A stretch of DNA of 63,483 nucleotides, counting the filler, from Octopus bimaculoides (taxonomy: Eukaryota): the NCBI RefSeq assembly GCF_001194135.2. It is 6 parts of 5 records of this genome, joined end to end, with 100 filler letters (N's around TTAATTAATTAA, not from the genome) between each part and the next. Parts side by side here need not be neighbours in the genome. Positions count along the whole stretch, not along the records: positions 21,502 to 36,374 come from NC_068994.1; positions 36,475 to 39,096 come from NC_068988.1; positions 39,197 to 59,314 come from NC_068983.1; 3 more parts are not named here. One strand, written 5' to 3'. The notes below the pieces were generated by a model. The model was not told the DNA's origin. It saw only the letters and a list, made by a program, of their open reading frames with translations, and did not search any database. A program made the translations under genes and the position numbers. This document shows, piece after piece, positions 26,183 through 39,604 of this stretch (position 1 is the first letter of the stretch; each line of letters opens with the position of its first letter).

Positions 26183-29100
26183 CTAGCAAACCGAACAAAA
26201 AAAAAAAGACAAAAACAACAAAACAAAAAAAAACACTAATTGTGCATATGCTACAATATTTGAGATCTCATAATTGCCAATAGTTTATGTAAGAAAAACA
26301 CATTTTTCATTTATATAAGTGTGGATTCATATATAGTGAGATAAAGTTTGGAATTATTGTTTCCGTAGCTATACTTTTTCATGTAATTGTTGTGCATATT
26401 TATTGATCTTGAATATTGTTTTCGATGTGTCTTTTTTTTCACTACTTTAACTTTCATTAAACTTTACTTCAAACAAAACTGACTATATTGTGTTTGATAT
26501 CAGCTCATGTTTGATTATTTTACTCTATAAATTCAAAGTTTGAAATGAAAATTATTTTATGTCTATAATAAAACCATGTATAAAATATTAAAGAGAAATA
26601 TCTTCATTAATTTAAACTGTATCTTATTAGTTGCTATGAACTTCTAAATTCATAGATTTGTGATTTATAACCAGGCCTAAAATATGAGTTGGCCAAGTCT
26701 ATCTTTAATGAAATATTTGTTATGCAAATGTTTATGTAGAAGCCAAATGATTAATAACTTAATGGGAACAACAAGTAAATTATGACCATTCTTTTGTATC
26801 CTTCTTTATTTGAATAATTGTTGAAAACTTAGAGATTTAAAGAAAATTCAGTCTCATTGTATTAAGAACCATAGTTTTTGCCAGATATTATTTATATTAC
26901 ATCATCTCCTCACTGAAAGGGTCATCATCCATTTATTCATATGCCAGTTAAGAACAACCAAATATTCTATTATTTTTATCATTACTCAAAATACCTCAGA
27001 ACTAAAATATCAGTGAATAATTTTTTCTGTGTTTATCTAAGTCTTTTTCATATTTTAATAGCAATTTTGAGTTACCGTAATAAATGTAAAAGCTCTTAGA
27101 TCAATATTGGATCAAATGATTTTAAGCAATATATGATACTGAAGGAAAGTATAGCAAGTTTAATTTCAGTTTCTGGCAAAATTTTGACTTTGCTAGTCTC
27201 TGTGACTTAGAATTTTAAAATGTTGCTAGAATACTTTATTTTGATGTTAATTTTCCTGTTAAACTAATCTGATAGATTAGAAAAATAAACTGCGCCCATT
27301 TATATAAATAAGATTTCTTTTCTTTATATTATCTTTTATTGATAAAAAGAAGAAAGAAGTATACTCTACATCTCTCAAATTAAACAGTATCAAAAGCAAA
27401 ATTTTATTTTCATTTTGATGGATTGAGATTTATAAAATTGGGAGAAAGCCAATAAGTATGAGCTATATTTAGTAACTCTTTGTGCACAGGGAATTAATGA
27501 AAGTTATAAGTAGTATTATTCAAAGTTATTGAAGATGGCAACTTGGCTTCAGTAATTTGTTTTTAGTGTAATGCAGGAAAAGAGCTCATTTACATAATGT
27601 TTGTGGAAAATCCAATTGAATTGCTTTCACATTAATTTTTCAGTGGTATGTTAGTGGTCTGTAGTTATTTAAAGCAGAGCAATGTTTGAGTAGTTGAGTA
27701 GGTTGATATATCTAGAAAACATTTTACTTTTGTGAGGAACTTAATGAGATATTCAACTTCATATGAAGGCAATATCGTGTTGTGTCTATTAATAGAGCTT
27801 TCCCTAAACCTTACATCCATATTAGTCTGTGAAATTATAAATTTATCTCACAGTTTTCTTCCAAGTAATCAATTAACTATTCACTTAACACAAACTCTCT
27901 TTATAATTTTCCAATGATTTCTCTTTCAATTTATCTTTACATAAGATTTTTATCATATTCTTTTTAATTTCAAAATAGCTCTGAACATTACGACCTTCAG
28001 GCAATGTTTAAATTGCCAAATAATTGTGATATAGGGTTTTACTTACTTTCTATTTACCTAAATCAATCTCAGTACCTAAAATTCATTAAAGAATAACATT
28101 GATATTCTTTATCATTCTATTACCAACTAATCATGGAACCAAATCTCCAGATATAACACTTAAATCTATGGAAACCTATTTAGGTTTTGTATCACTAGCA
28201 CTATAAAAAATAACTTACTTTTTCTTAAACATTTTACAAACCATTGTAGTTTTGTTTTTAAAAAAATCACTTGTTATACCTGTATGTCAGTATATTATAA
28301 AACTGAGTGCAAAATAAAGAGATCTTACTTTTGTATATCTACTCAGGTAAAATCTTTCTCCCATTCTTTTACTACTATTCTTAAGTGACAACTACTATAT
28401 ACTTAAAATGAAATTATCATCAATAAAGATTATGATCTATCTGAGGAATCAATAACTTCCAAATAAATAGTATTTATATATATTCTCTGTCAAATGAATT
28501 TCGAAATCAGTATGTCCCCATTTCTGAAATTTTCTATCTAGGATTTCATCTTCCTGTTTGTTGTTAAACCCTTACTATCTAGATTCAATGAATCAAATAA
28601 TCAATAAAATCAGCTTTTTCTCTTTCACTGCTGGGTAAAGGCCTTCTTAATACCCCATAACTTTTGGCTGCCTGACCTCTAATTTCTGTAGCAGTTTCAT
28701 TTCTTCTTGGGTACTTGTGATGTTAGTGCATATATTTGGTTGGTAATCGTAACCCTTGTGGCATATCCCCCATCCTCAATCTTAGAGACAATGGTTAAAC
28801 CTTAGTTGAATTCCACTGAACCAACATGAACAACTATTACAGTTATTGGATTTATAAGTCAATAAATCTTGTTAAATGAATTTTGTAGAGGAAAGATTAC
28901 TGAATGGCTAAGGTGATGAACTACTTGCTTGTATTTTGTTGTGTTTTATTTTTGTAGAGTAATCTATATTGTCTCAGATCTCTATCTGTTTGAAGTTGGT
29001 ACTAAATCATCTAGGAATGTTACTGATGATATAGTAGTATCCTGTTCAGAGAAAGATTTATCTCTTGTTGTTTATGTCATCAAACTAGAGCTAAATACCA

Positions 29101-30281
29101 GCTCTTAGGTGCCCCACTCCCACCCCATTTAAGGATATTTGATTTTATGTAAATGAATCCTGTATAAAATTGTCAACAAAGTGTCACATCTTGTAGCTAT
29201 TTGCTTCATAGCAAGTATAATAGGGAAAATATTGCCAGAATGAATGTCTTGAATGAAATTTACAAAATCATGATACAATTATGTTGCAATTATCTCTTGA
29301 TTATGATAGATAGAAGATACCAGTGAGTTGAAAACTGAGATAAGAAACATATGAAATACGAATGATGGTTTTTTTTTCTTTTTTTTTCCTTAGTGACGGA
29401 AACTGATGATTTTAAATTAGAATTAATAAAACAAGATATGAATGTTTGTGTAAAACTTTGCAGCTATATATTTTATAATTGATTGGAATACTTAGCAGTG
29501 ATCTACAACAATCATGATATGAATAAATGTATTCACGCACCAATTGCATGCGAATGTCTCAACAATAAAGATATTGCATGTAGATGTTTTAATGAACATG
29601 TTTAGACATATCTAAAAGCTTGTCAGCTGAATATGAATATTATGAAGAAATTGTCATAAAATTTTAGGGAATGGGAAGAATTTGTTAGATAAATGATGTC
29701 TGGAAAGCATTGCAGCATACAAGTATATTTTTGCATAGGTAGTATGTATAGCTTAAGAATGAATAATGTATAACTAAATGTATTTTCTTTAAATATTGTT
29801 GAAAGAATTTTCAGATTAAAAATGATTGAGTGTCAATATAAAACAAAGATAACAAAGAACATGCTTTCAAAAATGTTTTAGCAAGATTGAGACTGAGTAG
29901 ACTAATAGACGAATAATACATGACAACCCTACCTTATATTCTCAGACATAAACAATTTCATTTAAATGTAAATTTAATTGGAATTTTTTTTTTATAAACT
30001 TACATTAACAGAAATGTTTTACATTATAGTCATTTTTTTTTTCAAATTAGATAGTTTACAGATGTTGAATTAAGATATAACAGATATAAAAATGAAAATA
30101 GCAAATAAAGAAATACAGTGTAAGATTTTTACTTATTTTATATATCATTTATTTCTAATTGTAACTATTATTATTGTGCAGCTCATTGTTAGAAACAAAT
30201 AAATGAATATATCAATACTAGCCAATAGCATTTTATAAACAATCAACTGCAGAGAACTGTAACAAAATTTAAGAAACTTAC

Positions 30282-32826
30282 TTGGTATGCTTCTGGTGTA
30301 ATACTATGAAGTTGTACTCCTAATGATGATCCTTTCCAGCTCTGTCCAGGTTTGTACATGGACTGAGGTTCTCTTCTTAAAAGAGTTGTTTTAGAATTTC
30401 TCATTTGCTTTGGATCTGATAAAATAGTTACAGGAACATCATATTTTGGAGAGTCTTGTTCACAAACGTATCCAGATGGTCTTCTCTCACCAACAAAGTC
30501 TTGAGTAGCACCATAATGGTTTTCTTTTTGATTTCTTTTATGAACAACACAAACAATTACAGAAACTACAATAGCAACAGAAACTATCACTGCTGCTACT
30601 ACTATAATAATCATCAAGTTAATATGTATTCTGTTGTCTGATTCTGTGTCTTCAGCTGTATACATTTTGGCTGTTGTATTGCTAACAGTTAGTGTCAAAG
30701 ACAATGTAGTTGTTGCTGATAAAACTGGTGTACCATTATCTTTGACAGCTAATTTTAGATTATATGATCCAGCATCATTTTGGTAAACTGTACGAGAGAA
30801 TGACAGAACTCCTGAGTAAGGGTTAACTTTAAATAACTGTTTGTGATTGCCTCCAAGTATTTCATACTTGAGGAAGGCATTAACATGCTTGTCTCTGTCA
30901 GAGGCTCTTAATGTTGTAATATCACTGTTACTCTGCGGATGGTGATGGAAATCTAGATTGAAAGGGTTAACACTAGGGAAAGTAAAATATGGAGTATTAT
31001 CATTTTTATCCATAACTTCAACAACAACGTTAGCTGTGTTGTTAAGAGATGGTGTACCATTATCTTTTACTAACACTTTAAATCTGTAAATGTCATGTTG
31101 TTCCCGGTCTAAAGACTGAGTAGTTGATATGAATCCTAAATGAGAGATTTTAAAGGGAAGAACACTCCCATCTCTGCTTATAAGAAAATAAGATAATTCA
31201 CCTCCTGATCCAAGATCAGGGTCAGTTGCATTGATGAAGCCTACTGGAAAATTTCTATTTTCATTTTCANNNNNNNNNNNNNNNNNNNNNNNNNNNNNNN
31301 NNNNNNNNNNNNNNNNNNNNNNNNNNNNNNNNNNNNNNNNNNNNNNNNNNNNNNNNNNNNNNNNNNNNNNNNNNNNNNNNNNNNNNNNNNNNNNNNNNNN
31401 NNNNNNNNNNNNNNNNNNNNNNNNNNNNNNNNNNNNNNNNNNNNNNNNNNNNNNNNNNNNNNNNNNNNNNNNNNNNNNNNNNNNNNNNNNNNNNNNNNNN
31501 NNNNNNNNNNNNNNNNNNNNNNNNNNNNNNNNNNNNNNNNNNNNNNNNNNNNNNNNNNNNNNNNNNNNNNNNNNNNNNNNNNNNNNNNNNNNNNNNNNNN
31601 NNNNNNNNNNNNNNNNNNNNNNNNNNNNNNNNNNNNNNNNNNNNNNNNNNNNNNNNNNNNNNNNNNNNNNNNNNNNNNNNNNNNNNNNNNNNNNNNNNNN
31701 NNNNNNNNNNNNNNNNNNNNNNNNNNNNNNNNNNNNNNNNNNNNNNNNNNNNNNNNNNNNNNNNNNNNNNNNNNNNNNNNNNNNNNNNNNNNNNNNNNNN
31801 NNNNNNNNNNNNNNNNNNNNNNNNNNNNNNNNNNNNNNNNNNNNNNNNNNNNNNNNNNNNNNNNNNNNNNNNNNNNNNNNNNNNNNNNNNNNNNNNNNNN
31901 NNNNNNNNNNNNNNNNNNNNNNNNNNNNNNNNNNNNNNNNNNNNNNNNNNNNNNNNNNNNNNNNNNNNNNNNNNNNNNNNNNNNNNNNNNNNNNNNNNNN
32001 NNNNNNNNNNNNNNNNNNNNNNNNNNNNNNNNNNNNNNNNNNNNNNNNNNNNNNNNNNNNNNNNNNNNNTAATAGAAACATTGTAAATATTTTGGGAGAA
32101 GACTGGTGAGTTGTCATTTTCATCTCGAACTGATATTTGGAGATTGAGAACACCTTCTTTAGGGGGATGGCCTCCATCTTTTGCAATAACTTGAAGCTGA
32201 TAAGAATCTTGTATTTCTCTGTCAAGTTTCTTTTGTAAAATAACACCGAGTTTGGAAGTACCATCCATATTTTTTGAAACTGATAATGTGAAAAGATCAT
32301 CATTATTGTTCTTTAGTAAATATGTTATTTGTGAATTTTGTATACCTACATCTTTGTCTATGGCATTAGGTATAGATTTTTTTGTTCCTTTGCCATCAGT
32401 TTCATCGAATGTCAGGTTAATTTGTTTACTTGGAAATTCTGGCTTGTTATCATTTACATCTTCAATAACTATTTTTACTTCCAGTATCCTTATAAAGGAT
32501 TTTTCTTGCTGGACTGCTACATCTACCATTTTGAAACATTCTACATTGTATTTACAAAGAGTTTCTGCATCTAGTCTTTGAGCTGTATATAATTTGCCTG
32601 TTTTGGCAACATTGAACAACTGTGAGTTGTTAGTATTCCCTTGGTGAAGCTGACTGAACCAAATATTGCTGTCATCCTTTGGAGATATGTTGCTTAATAA
32701 TTTTGTGTCTGCTGCAATATCACCAACAAAAGTTCTTGGGCTGCTCTCTTCATCTATACGGTAGACAAGATCTACACATAAGGATGTTTCCAGAATAAAT
32801 AATAGCACATATACTTGAGTTAACAT
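30282..32826 (-). CDS. Pcdh: Protocadherin, large coding exon (signal peptide, cadherin repeats, TM, proximal cytoplasmic tail); 31270-32070 is an N gap
   Basis: The ORFs 31267..32826 and 30243..32303 join across the gap. Signal peptide MLTQVYVLLFILETSLC. Cadherin linkers DVNDNKPEF, DENDNSPVF and DKNDNTPYF; motifs LDRE, AKDGG and VKDNG. TM LMIIIVVAAVIVSVAIVVSVIVCVV. The exon ends CAA|GTAAGT (donor 30281, phase 0). Confidence 0.97.
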
Positions 32827-32874
32827 GTTCTCATCTATAAATTTGTATCTTGAGGAAGAAGCATGAATACATCT
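32827..32874 (-). promoter_or_regulatory. Splice acceptor and 46-nt leader preceding the protocadherin ATG
   Basis: Minus strand reads ttttatttcag| with AG at 32874-32873, which implies an upstream exon. The ATG context is gagaacATG. Confidence 0.7.
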
Positions 32875-33171
32875 GAAATAAAATGTTTATATTATTTAGA
32901 ATAAAATCATTATGTTTGGTATTGATTATACGAAGACAATAAATTATATTTATCTTCATTTGGAGTTTTTAAGTAGTTTTAATTTTGCATCATAAATATT
33001 TTTCTAAAATGAAAATGTTAAATAATGCTGAATGGCCTCTGGTAGAAATGTAAAATCTACTTTGTCTGAACAACAAAATAAATTAGCTATTCCTTTGAGA
33101 AATAGCAGTCTAAATAATAATATATATGGTAGCTTAAAATAATGAATGCATGCAATAATGTTATACATATA

Positions 33172-33264
<93 letters not shown>
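33172..33264. repeat. (TG)n microsatellite
   Basis: Directly visible. Confidence 0.95.
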
Positions 33265-33267
<3 letters not shown>

Positions 33268-33924
33268 CATTGCATAAATTCTAATATATCTTTCTCTATC
33301 TTTTATCCAATCCATTATTAAATAAATTTCCTAAATGTGCAAGATGTAAGAAAATGCTTGAGTGTAAGCAATTAGTAGTAAAAATAGAAATGTTAAAAGC
33401 TACTATTCTGAAAAGCTAAATCCATTATCATTGATTAAAGCAATTTAATATTTCCTTATCTGCAGTAGTGGCAAAATCTAGTTAAGAGCTATCATTTCCT
33501 CAGGCTAGTAGAGAAAATAGAGTGAGAAATAGAATGAGCAGCAGAGAAAAGGTGAGATAAAGTAGCCAACTAGGAGAGTAGATTCTTAGCAAATCTTGCT
33601 GGCTTAATATAAGAAATTAAAAAAATAAATAAAATAAAATGCACATCAACTACAACAACAGCTTCTGATATAAGATAAAATTTATCTCTACAGCAAGCTT
33701 TGCTGACAGTTTGCATGCAATTAAATGAACACATTTAAACTAGTTTGGAAAACTGAAGCCATTTTCTCAAAACTGCAAGTATTATTCTAATGAGAAAACA
33801 AATTAATATAAGAGCAATATATCATAAAATTTGCTTCAGATATAGACAAGCTGACAAACAATGTTCATATTATATAGAAAGGAAAATATTTGAAAGAATA
33901 CTGACACACACATATACATGTAAA

Positions 33925-33974
<50 letters not shown>

Positions 33975-35289
33975 ACTACAGAGAAAGAGAACATATTTTC
34001 TTTAAATAATTAATAAAACCATTAATCTTTAATATTCTGGGTGTATTTAGGAAAATGTAATTTTGCTAAGTATTAAATAAAACAAAAATTAATTTGGCTT
34101 CAATAATATTTATGCAATTTTGAAATGTAGTCGTTTATATATATTTCAATTGATTTACTAAGTTATCTATTTATATGAAAATGGATGTGTGTGTTGGGGT
34201 ATGTTTTTGTGATTTCATGCATGTGTTTATGTGTGTGTGTACATATGCTAAAATGTGTGTACATATCTATATTGATACATATATAGCTACTTTTGTGCGT
34301 GTTTGTATATATATATATATGTGTGTGTATATATATAACATACATACATATATATATTATATACACACGTGTGCATGTATATCTGTGTGTATGAGTGAGT
34401 GCATGTATGTATGCGTGTGTGTGTGTGTATGATTATATATTTGTGTGTGTGTATCTGTGGTGTATATTCACACATTCATGCATTGAAAATATGTGTGTGT
34501 GTGTGTGTGTGTGTACACACCTATAATATCATCTTTTAACCAGAGTAGAGGAAGTACCCATAACCTTTTACAGCTGCTCAGACCCTGGCAAGAGATAGGG
34601 TGGAAGGTATCCTTAAACGAAAGATCTGACCTGAAAGTCAGAGAAATAGAGTGGGCCACATGGAAAGAACTCAGAATGCTAGTTGGTGATGTGAAAGCAT
34701 GTGACAGATTATATCTATCATTCAGGAAGACCTTAGCAGGATCTGAATTTAGAATACAAAGAGCTGAAACAAATACAACAAGGTATCTTGTCCAACATTC
34801 TTACAGTTCAGGTAATCAACTGCATTGGATTAATATTTGTCAATTAGTACTTATCATTGGAATTTCAGAGTGGAAAAATTACCACCAATGCTTCAACAGC
34901 TCTCCTAATTTACTGCATGCATGCACGTGTGCGTGTACATACACACACACACACACACACATATTCGAGCATGTGTGTGTGTATAAAACTTAGTTGAATT
35001 AACTACGTTTTAGCCATTTTTGGCCCAGGTAGTGACAAACTTAATAACACTACACAGGTGCTCTATTAAGTTATATTTACACATAAGTTATATTTATACA
35101 TAATTATATATGCATGTGTGTGTATGTGTATGACTATGTATACTTATATGTGTCCACTTTCCACACTTCCATGGTTTAATGGATTCATTGGGGCAGATTT
35201 TCTACTATTTAATGCCCTTCCTGTTACCACGTTACCAGATCTCACCTACTTCCAAGCAAAGTAGTCATATTGGTGTTGTTGAGAATCTT

Positions 35290-35715
35290 GCTTCTCAAAC
35301 ATGTGGTTTCAGGTTCAGTTTCACTGCCCAACTCATTGGGCAAGAGTTTTCTTGTATAGCCCTTTGACAATCAAAGCCTTGAAAGTGGATTTGGGAGAAG
35401 GAAACTGCAACAAGCTTGGTATATGTGTATATATGTATATACATTCACAAACACACAGAGACACACATGTATATACTTGTGTGTGTGTATGTGTTTCTTT
35501 GTAACAATGTCTTTGCATCACGTGATGATGTAAATTAATATCGCCATCATAAAAGCAGCATTGTTCATTCCTGTCTTACATGGAAAACATCTATCAATGG
35601 GGAAATATCACCTTTCATTGAAAGAGAAGAGGCTTGGTGATAGGAAGAGCATCTATCCTTAGAAAACCTACCTAAATGAATTCTATATGACACATGCAAA
35701 TATGAAAATGAGGAA
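35290..35715 (+). mobile_element. Diverged SINE (family A head)
   Basis: catgtggtttcaggttcag...ttgggcaagag...aaagccttgaaagtggatttgg. Another copy is at 35970-36230. Confidence 0.6.
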
Positions 35716-36474
35716 AATTTAAAAAAAAAATAGATATATGCTTATACATAAACATATATATTTGTGTATACACACACACACACGCACGCACGCACACACA
35801 CACACACACACACATATATATTATATATGGTTATATGAATATACACATATACTTATGTGTACATATATTTAATTATATAGATATATATTATATTATATTA
35901 TATTATATTATATTATATATATATGTGTACATATATTTAATTAAATATATATATATGAAGGCATTATAGGTGCAGGTATGGCCATGTGGTTAAGCAGTTT
36001 ACTTCCCAATTGCAAGCTTTGAGTTTCTATCCCATGGCATTGTATCTTGAGCAAGTGTATTTCTATTGTAGACCTTGTCTGACCAAAGCTTTGGAAATGG
36101 ATTTGTATATGTTAAATGACAGAATCCCGTCATATATGAGTTTGTGTGTGTTTGTATGTGTGTGGCTGGCTATGTGTCTTGAGTGTGAGAATATTTGCAT
36201 CTCCTTGTCTTGACATCATATGGTAGTAGTAGTAAGTGATTTTCACTGCCAAGCAGTGTTATTTATTTCCAGTAGCTTGCAAGAGCATGTCCAACCACAG
36301 AAAAATAATACATTGCTTGGAAACAAGAGAATGTTGGCTACAGGAGGGGTATCTAGCCATAGAAGACTTGTCTCNNNNNNNNNNNNNNNNNNNNNNNNNN
36401 NNNNNNNNNNNNNNNNNNTTAATTAATTAANNNNNNNNNNNNNNNNNNNNNNNNNNNNNNNNNNNNNNNNNNNN

Positions 36475-36705
36475 GGCACATAAAAGACACCATTTCGAGC
36501 GTGGCCGTTTTCGTGCGGGTGACACGTAAAAGCACCCACTACACTCTCTGAGTGGTTGGCGTTAGGAAGGGCATCCAGCTGTAGAAACTCTGCCAAATCA
36601 GACTGGAGCCTGGTGTTGCCATCCGGTTTCACCAGTCCTCAGTCAAATCGTCCAACCCATGCTAGCATGGAAAGCGGACGTTAAACGATGATGATGATGA
36701 TGATA
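36475..36705 (+). mobile_element. Well-preserved RTE-tail repeat (same family as 8439-8793)
   Basis: Near-identical 3' ~150 bp ending in (GAT)n. Confidence 0.85.
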
Positions 36706-37583
36706 TTATACTATAGCAAAAGTTTAAGCTTTTAAATTAAGTGAATGGAATCTATCAACAACACACTCCAGCTGCTATAACAAGTGTAACCAGCAAATAG
36801 AAATATTTTCTTTATTGTAAAAAGAGACTGATATTTTCCATGGTTTAACAAAAAAACACCTTTTTACATATAAGAATTGTATTCAATTTCAAACTGTTTG
36901 TATGTCATATATATATCATTAACTCCCATATCATGTAATTACTGAAACAGCAAGCTAAGTCCACTTAAAATAGTTCTTTACCTAAATCAGCTAATATTAC
37001 TTTCGAGAAATTTCAACTGTAAAAGACTTTAGTAAAATGTCAAATACTCAATTTATATATTTTCCCCGTTTATCCACTGTAGAGATAAAAAAGAAAATTA
37101 TGCATTGGGAGTCGACTTTGCAATAAAGAAGTTCACTTAACAGTCATATGGTTGTAGGTTCAATCCCCATTGCACAGCATCTTGAGCAAGTGTATTGTAT
37201 CATAATAGACTCAAGTTAACTAAGACCATGTGAGTAAAACTGAGAAGACAGCATTTGAAAGTCCATCAGATACAGACCTTGTTTTAGACTGGTACACTTA
37301 GTTTATACCATCACCAGCACTTTTATCAGTATCCAACCTGTTGCAAAAACATTTGGATCTGGTTTCCAATACAAGGACATCAAAATAGTCTTCCTTTCTC
37401 CCAAACAATTTCTGAAATCCTATAAAGGTCAAGGATACTACTTTCCCTCCCCTGAACAAACATTAAAAAAAAAGTAAAAAAATTTTAAAAGCCCACTTTT
37501 TTCCTACCCTTTGATTTAGTTGTATTATTTAAACATTTGAAGATATTTCATTTTCCACCACTGTATAAAACAGCATTTAGACA

Positions 37584-37780
37584 TTAGCCCTTTAGCATTC
37601 AAACTGCTGTCAAATGTAGTGCTATTTATTAACATTGTTTTGAATTCATCATGCATTATTTCACACAATCAAGATTCCAATGGTGGGATTATTTGTAGAA
37701 TGACATTGTAGGATAGCTGTGAGAGGCTGGATCAGGCTGATTTAAACATAAAATGGCTGGTTTAAATACTAAAGGGTTAA
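37584..37780. mobile_element. piggyBac-type MITE
   Basis: Terminal inverted repeats ttagccctttagcattcaaac / gtttaaatactaaagggttaa, with CCC..GGG ends and TTAA-like flanks. Confidence 0.75.
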
Positions 37781-37910
37781 TGGTGTTATTATTGAAGGAA
37801 AAACCCTGCAAATGGTAGACCTCTTCACATTCAACATTTGAGACCCACATTTCTGAATTCAATTTACCTTGCATATTTATCATTGGAAGGAAACAACAAA
37901 ATATATATTA

Positions 37911-39096
37911 CTAGCAGAAATACCCGGCGTTGCCCGGGTTAAAGAGAATAATGAAATCTAAAAACGCCGTCTAGATTACGCATCATCTTTATATATAGAG
38001 ATGTATATACACACATGCACCCAAACACACGTATATATATGTATATCAATATAAATATATGAAAGTCAATGAAGTTTCATAAAAGAAGGTGATCATGTAC
38101 ATACTTTCTTGCTGTTGTGATTATAACACCTCGTTGTAAACAATGTTCCTTGTTTTCCCTTGTGGAGCATATACAAATAGGTTNNNNNNNNNNCTGAATG
38201 TAAAAGGAATGTCTGCTCCTGATGGAGTAAGAGGAATTCTTGGAATAAAGACGTCATCCCCTTTTGCACATCCAGAAAGAATGGTAGCCTCGATAACGTG
38301 TGACATCAATTTCTTTATCTCGAGTCGTATTCCATTGCAAAGTCTTGGTGGTTCCAGATTGCGGAGCAGCATAACAGGCGTTCCAACTTTAAGTGATAAT
38401 ATGTGGGGAGCTAGTCCTGGAGGCTCCAACGAATTGAGAAATTCAGGAGGATAGTTCACCACTTCATTTGTATCTGGAACTGTATCAACAGACTTGTAAG
38501 TTTGAAGATTGCCGGGAAAAGAATGCATCAGGTGTTGATTAATTTTTGTAACAGCTACGTTTGTTTGGAGCTAATATTGCTCTTTCACATAGCCAATTGT
38601 GATTTTGGTAGTTTTGTTTAAAGTTGGGGAAGACTTTGTGTTTGAGGTCATCTACAGAATTAACAACAGAACAAAATGGCCATACTTCTATTTCTTCTGC
38701 AGCATCGAGAGGCACCTTGCCATCACCAATTGTCAAAATGTCCTGTGCGAATTTTTTGGACATTTGGTCGCCGTGTAGCTGAGCTCTCATGTTAGTGTTA
38801 AGAGTGAGGATAGTAACATGATGCCACAGGGTAGAGGACTTTAGGCATGCTTGCACCTCATCTGCTCTAGTGCCTTTTGGAATGACAGGATGAGTTTGCC
38901 TGAAATCACCTGACAACAGAAGCGTAACACCTCCCATTGGAGCGTGACAGTCTCGGATGTCTTTCAGGGCTCTATCTAATGCTTCCAAAGCTCTCTTGTG
39001 AGCCATGGTGCATTCATCCCAGACAATTAGATGACACCTTTTAAGTACCTGCCCCTGAGCTTTTGGTGATGTTGCATGAAGGCATCTTGGATGCTG
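37911..39096 (-). mobile_element. Helitron 3' portion: frameshifted PIF1-family helicase plus intact 3' terminus
   Basis: LIVWDECTMAHK (Walker B), GDFRQ, LKSSTLW, GLAPHILSLKVGTPVMLLRNL, LCNG and FIPRIPL motifs. A 1-nt frameshift lies near 38565. The 3' hairpin acccgggcaacgccgggt (37939-37922) is followed by CTAG (37914-37911) and a T. Confidence 0.95.
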
Positions 39097-39196
39097 NNNN
39101 NNNNNNNNNNNNNNNNNNNNNNNNNNNNNNNNNNNNNNNNTTAATTAATTAANNNNNNNNNNNNNNNNNNNNNNNNNNNNNNNNNNNNNNNNNNNN

Positions 39197-39230
<34 letters not shown>

Positions 39231-39557
39231 GAAATTTACAGAAAAGCACACGAGTAAATAAACAAAGAGAATAAAAAAGAGAGAACAATATATATGTGTG
39301 TGTGTATGTGTGTGTATACATACACATACTCACACTCATGTATATATGATTATATACAAAATAACGATGGCAGCTATAAGCAATATAAGACCAAAAAGGA
39401 AGAATTCAGCTGTCACTAATTGTGACCGACGTTGCACCTACATTGCTAGAAATAAGAGCTAGAAAGCCAATTAGTCGCAAAGGAGCACAAGTCTATGTAC
39501 TGAAGGGGGAGCTAACCGCCCCACAGCAAGATCATCATACTAGAATCTTTTCTCTCA

Positions 39558-39604
<47 letters not shown>

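Noticed and set aside
29368-29480. Strong plus-strand acceptor-like tract suggesting an antisense host-gene exon
   Set aside because: Two frames stop at once, the third has no matching donor, and no partner exons were found.
30243-30281. C-terminus VSFLNFVTVLCS* from the ORF track
   Set aside because: This is read-through past a consensus donor. The spliced exons give a motif-bearing tail; an intron-retained isoform is possible but unsupported.
31267-32303. Apparent frameshift between the two protocadherin ORFs
   Set aside because: The frame offset comes from the estimated length of the N gap, so there is no evidence of pseudogenisation.
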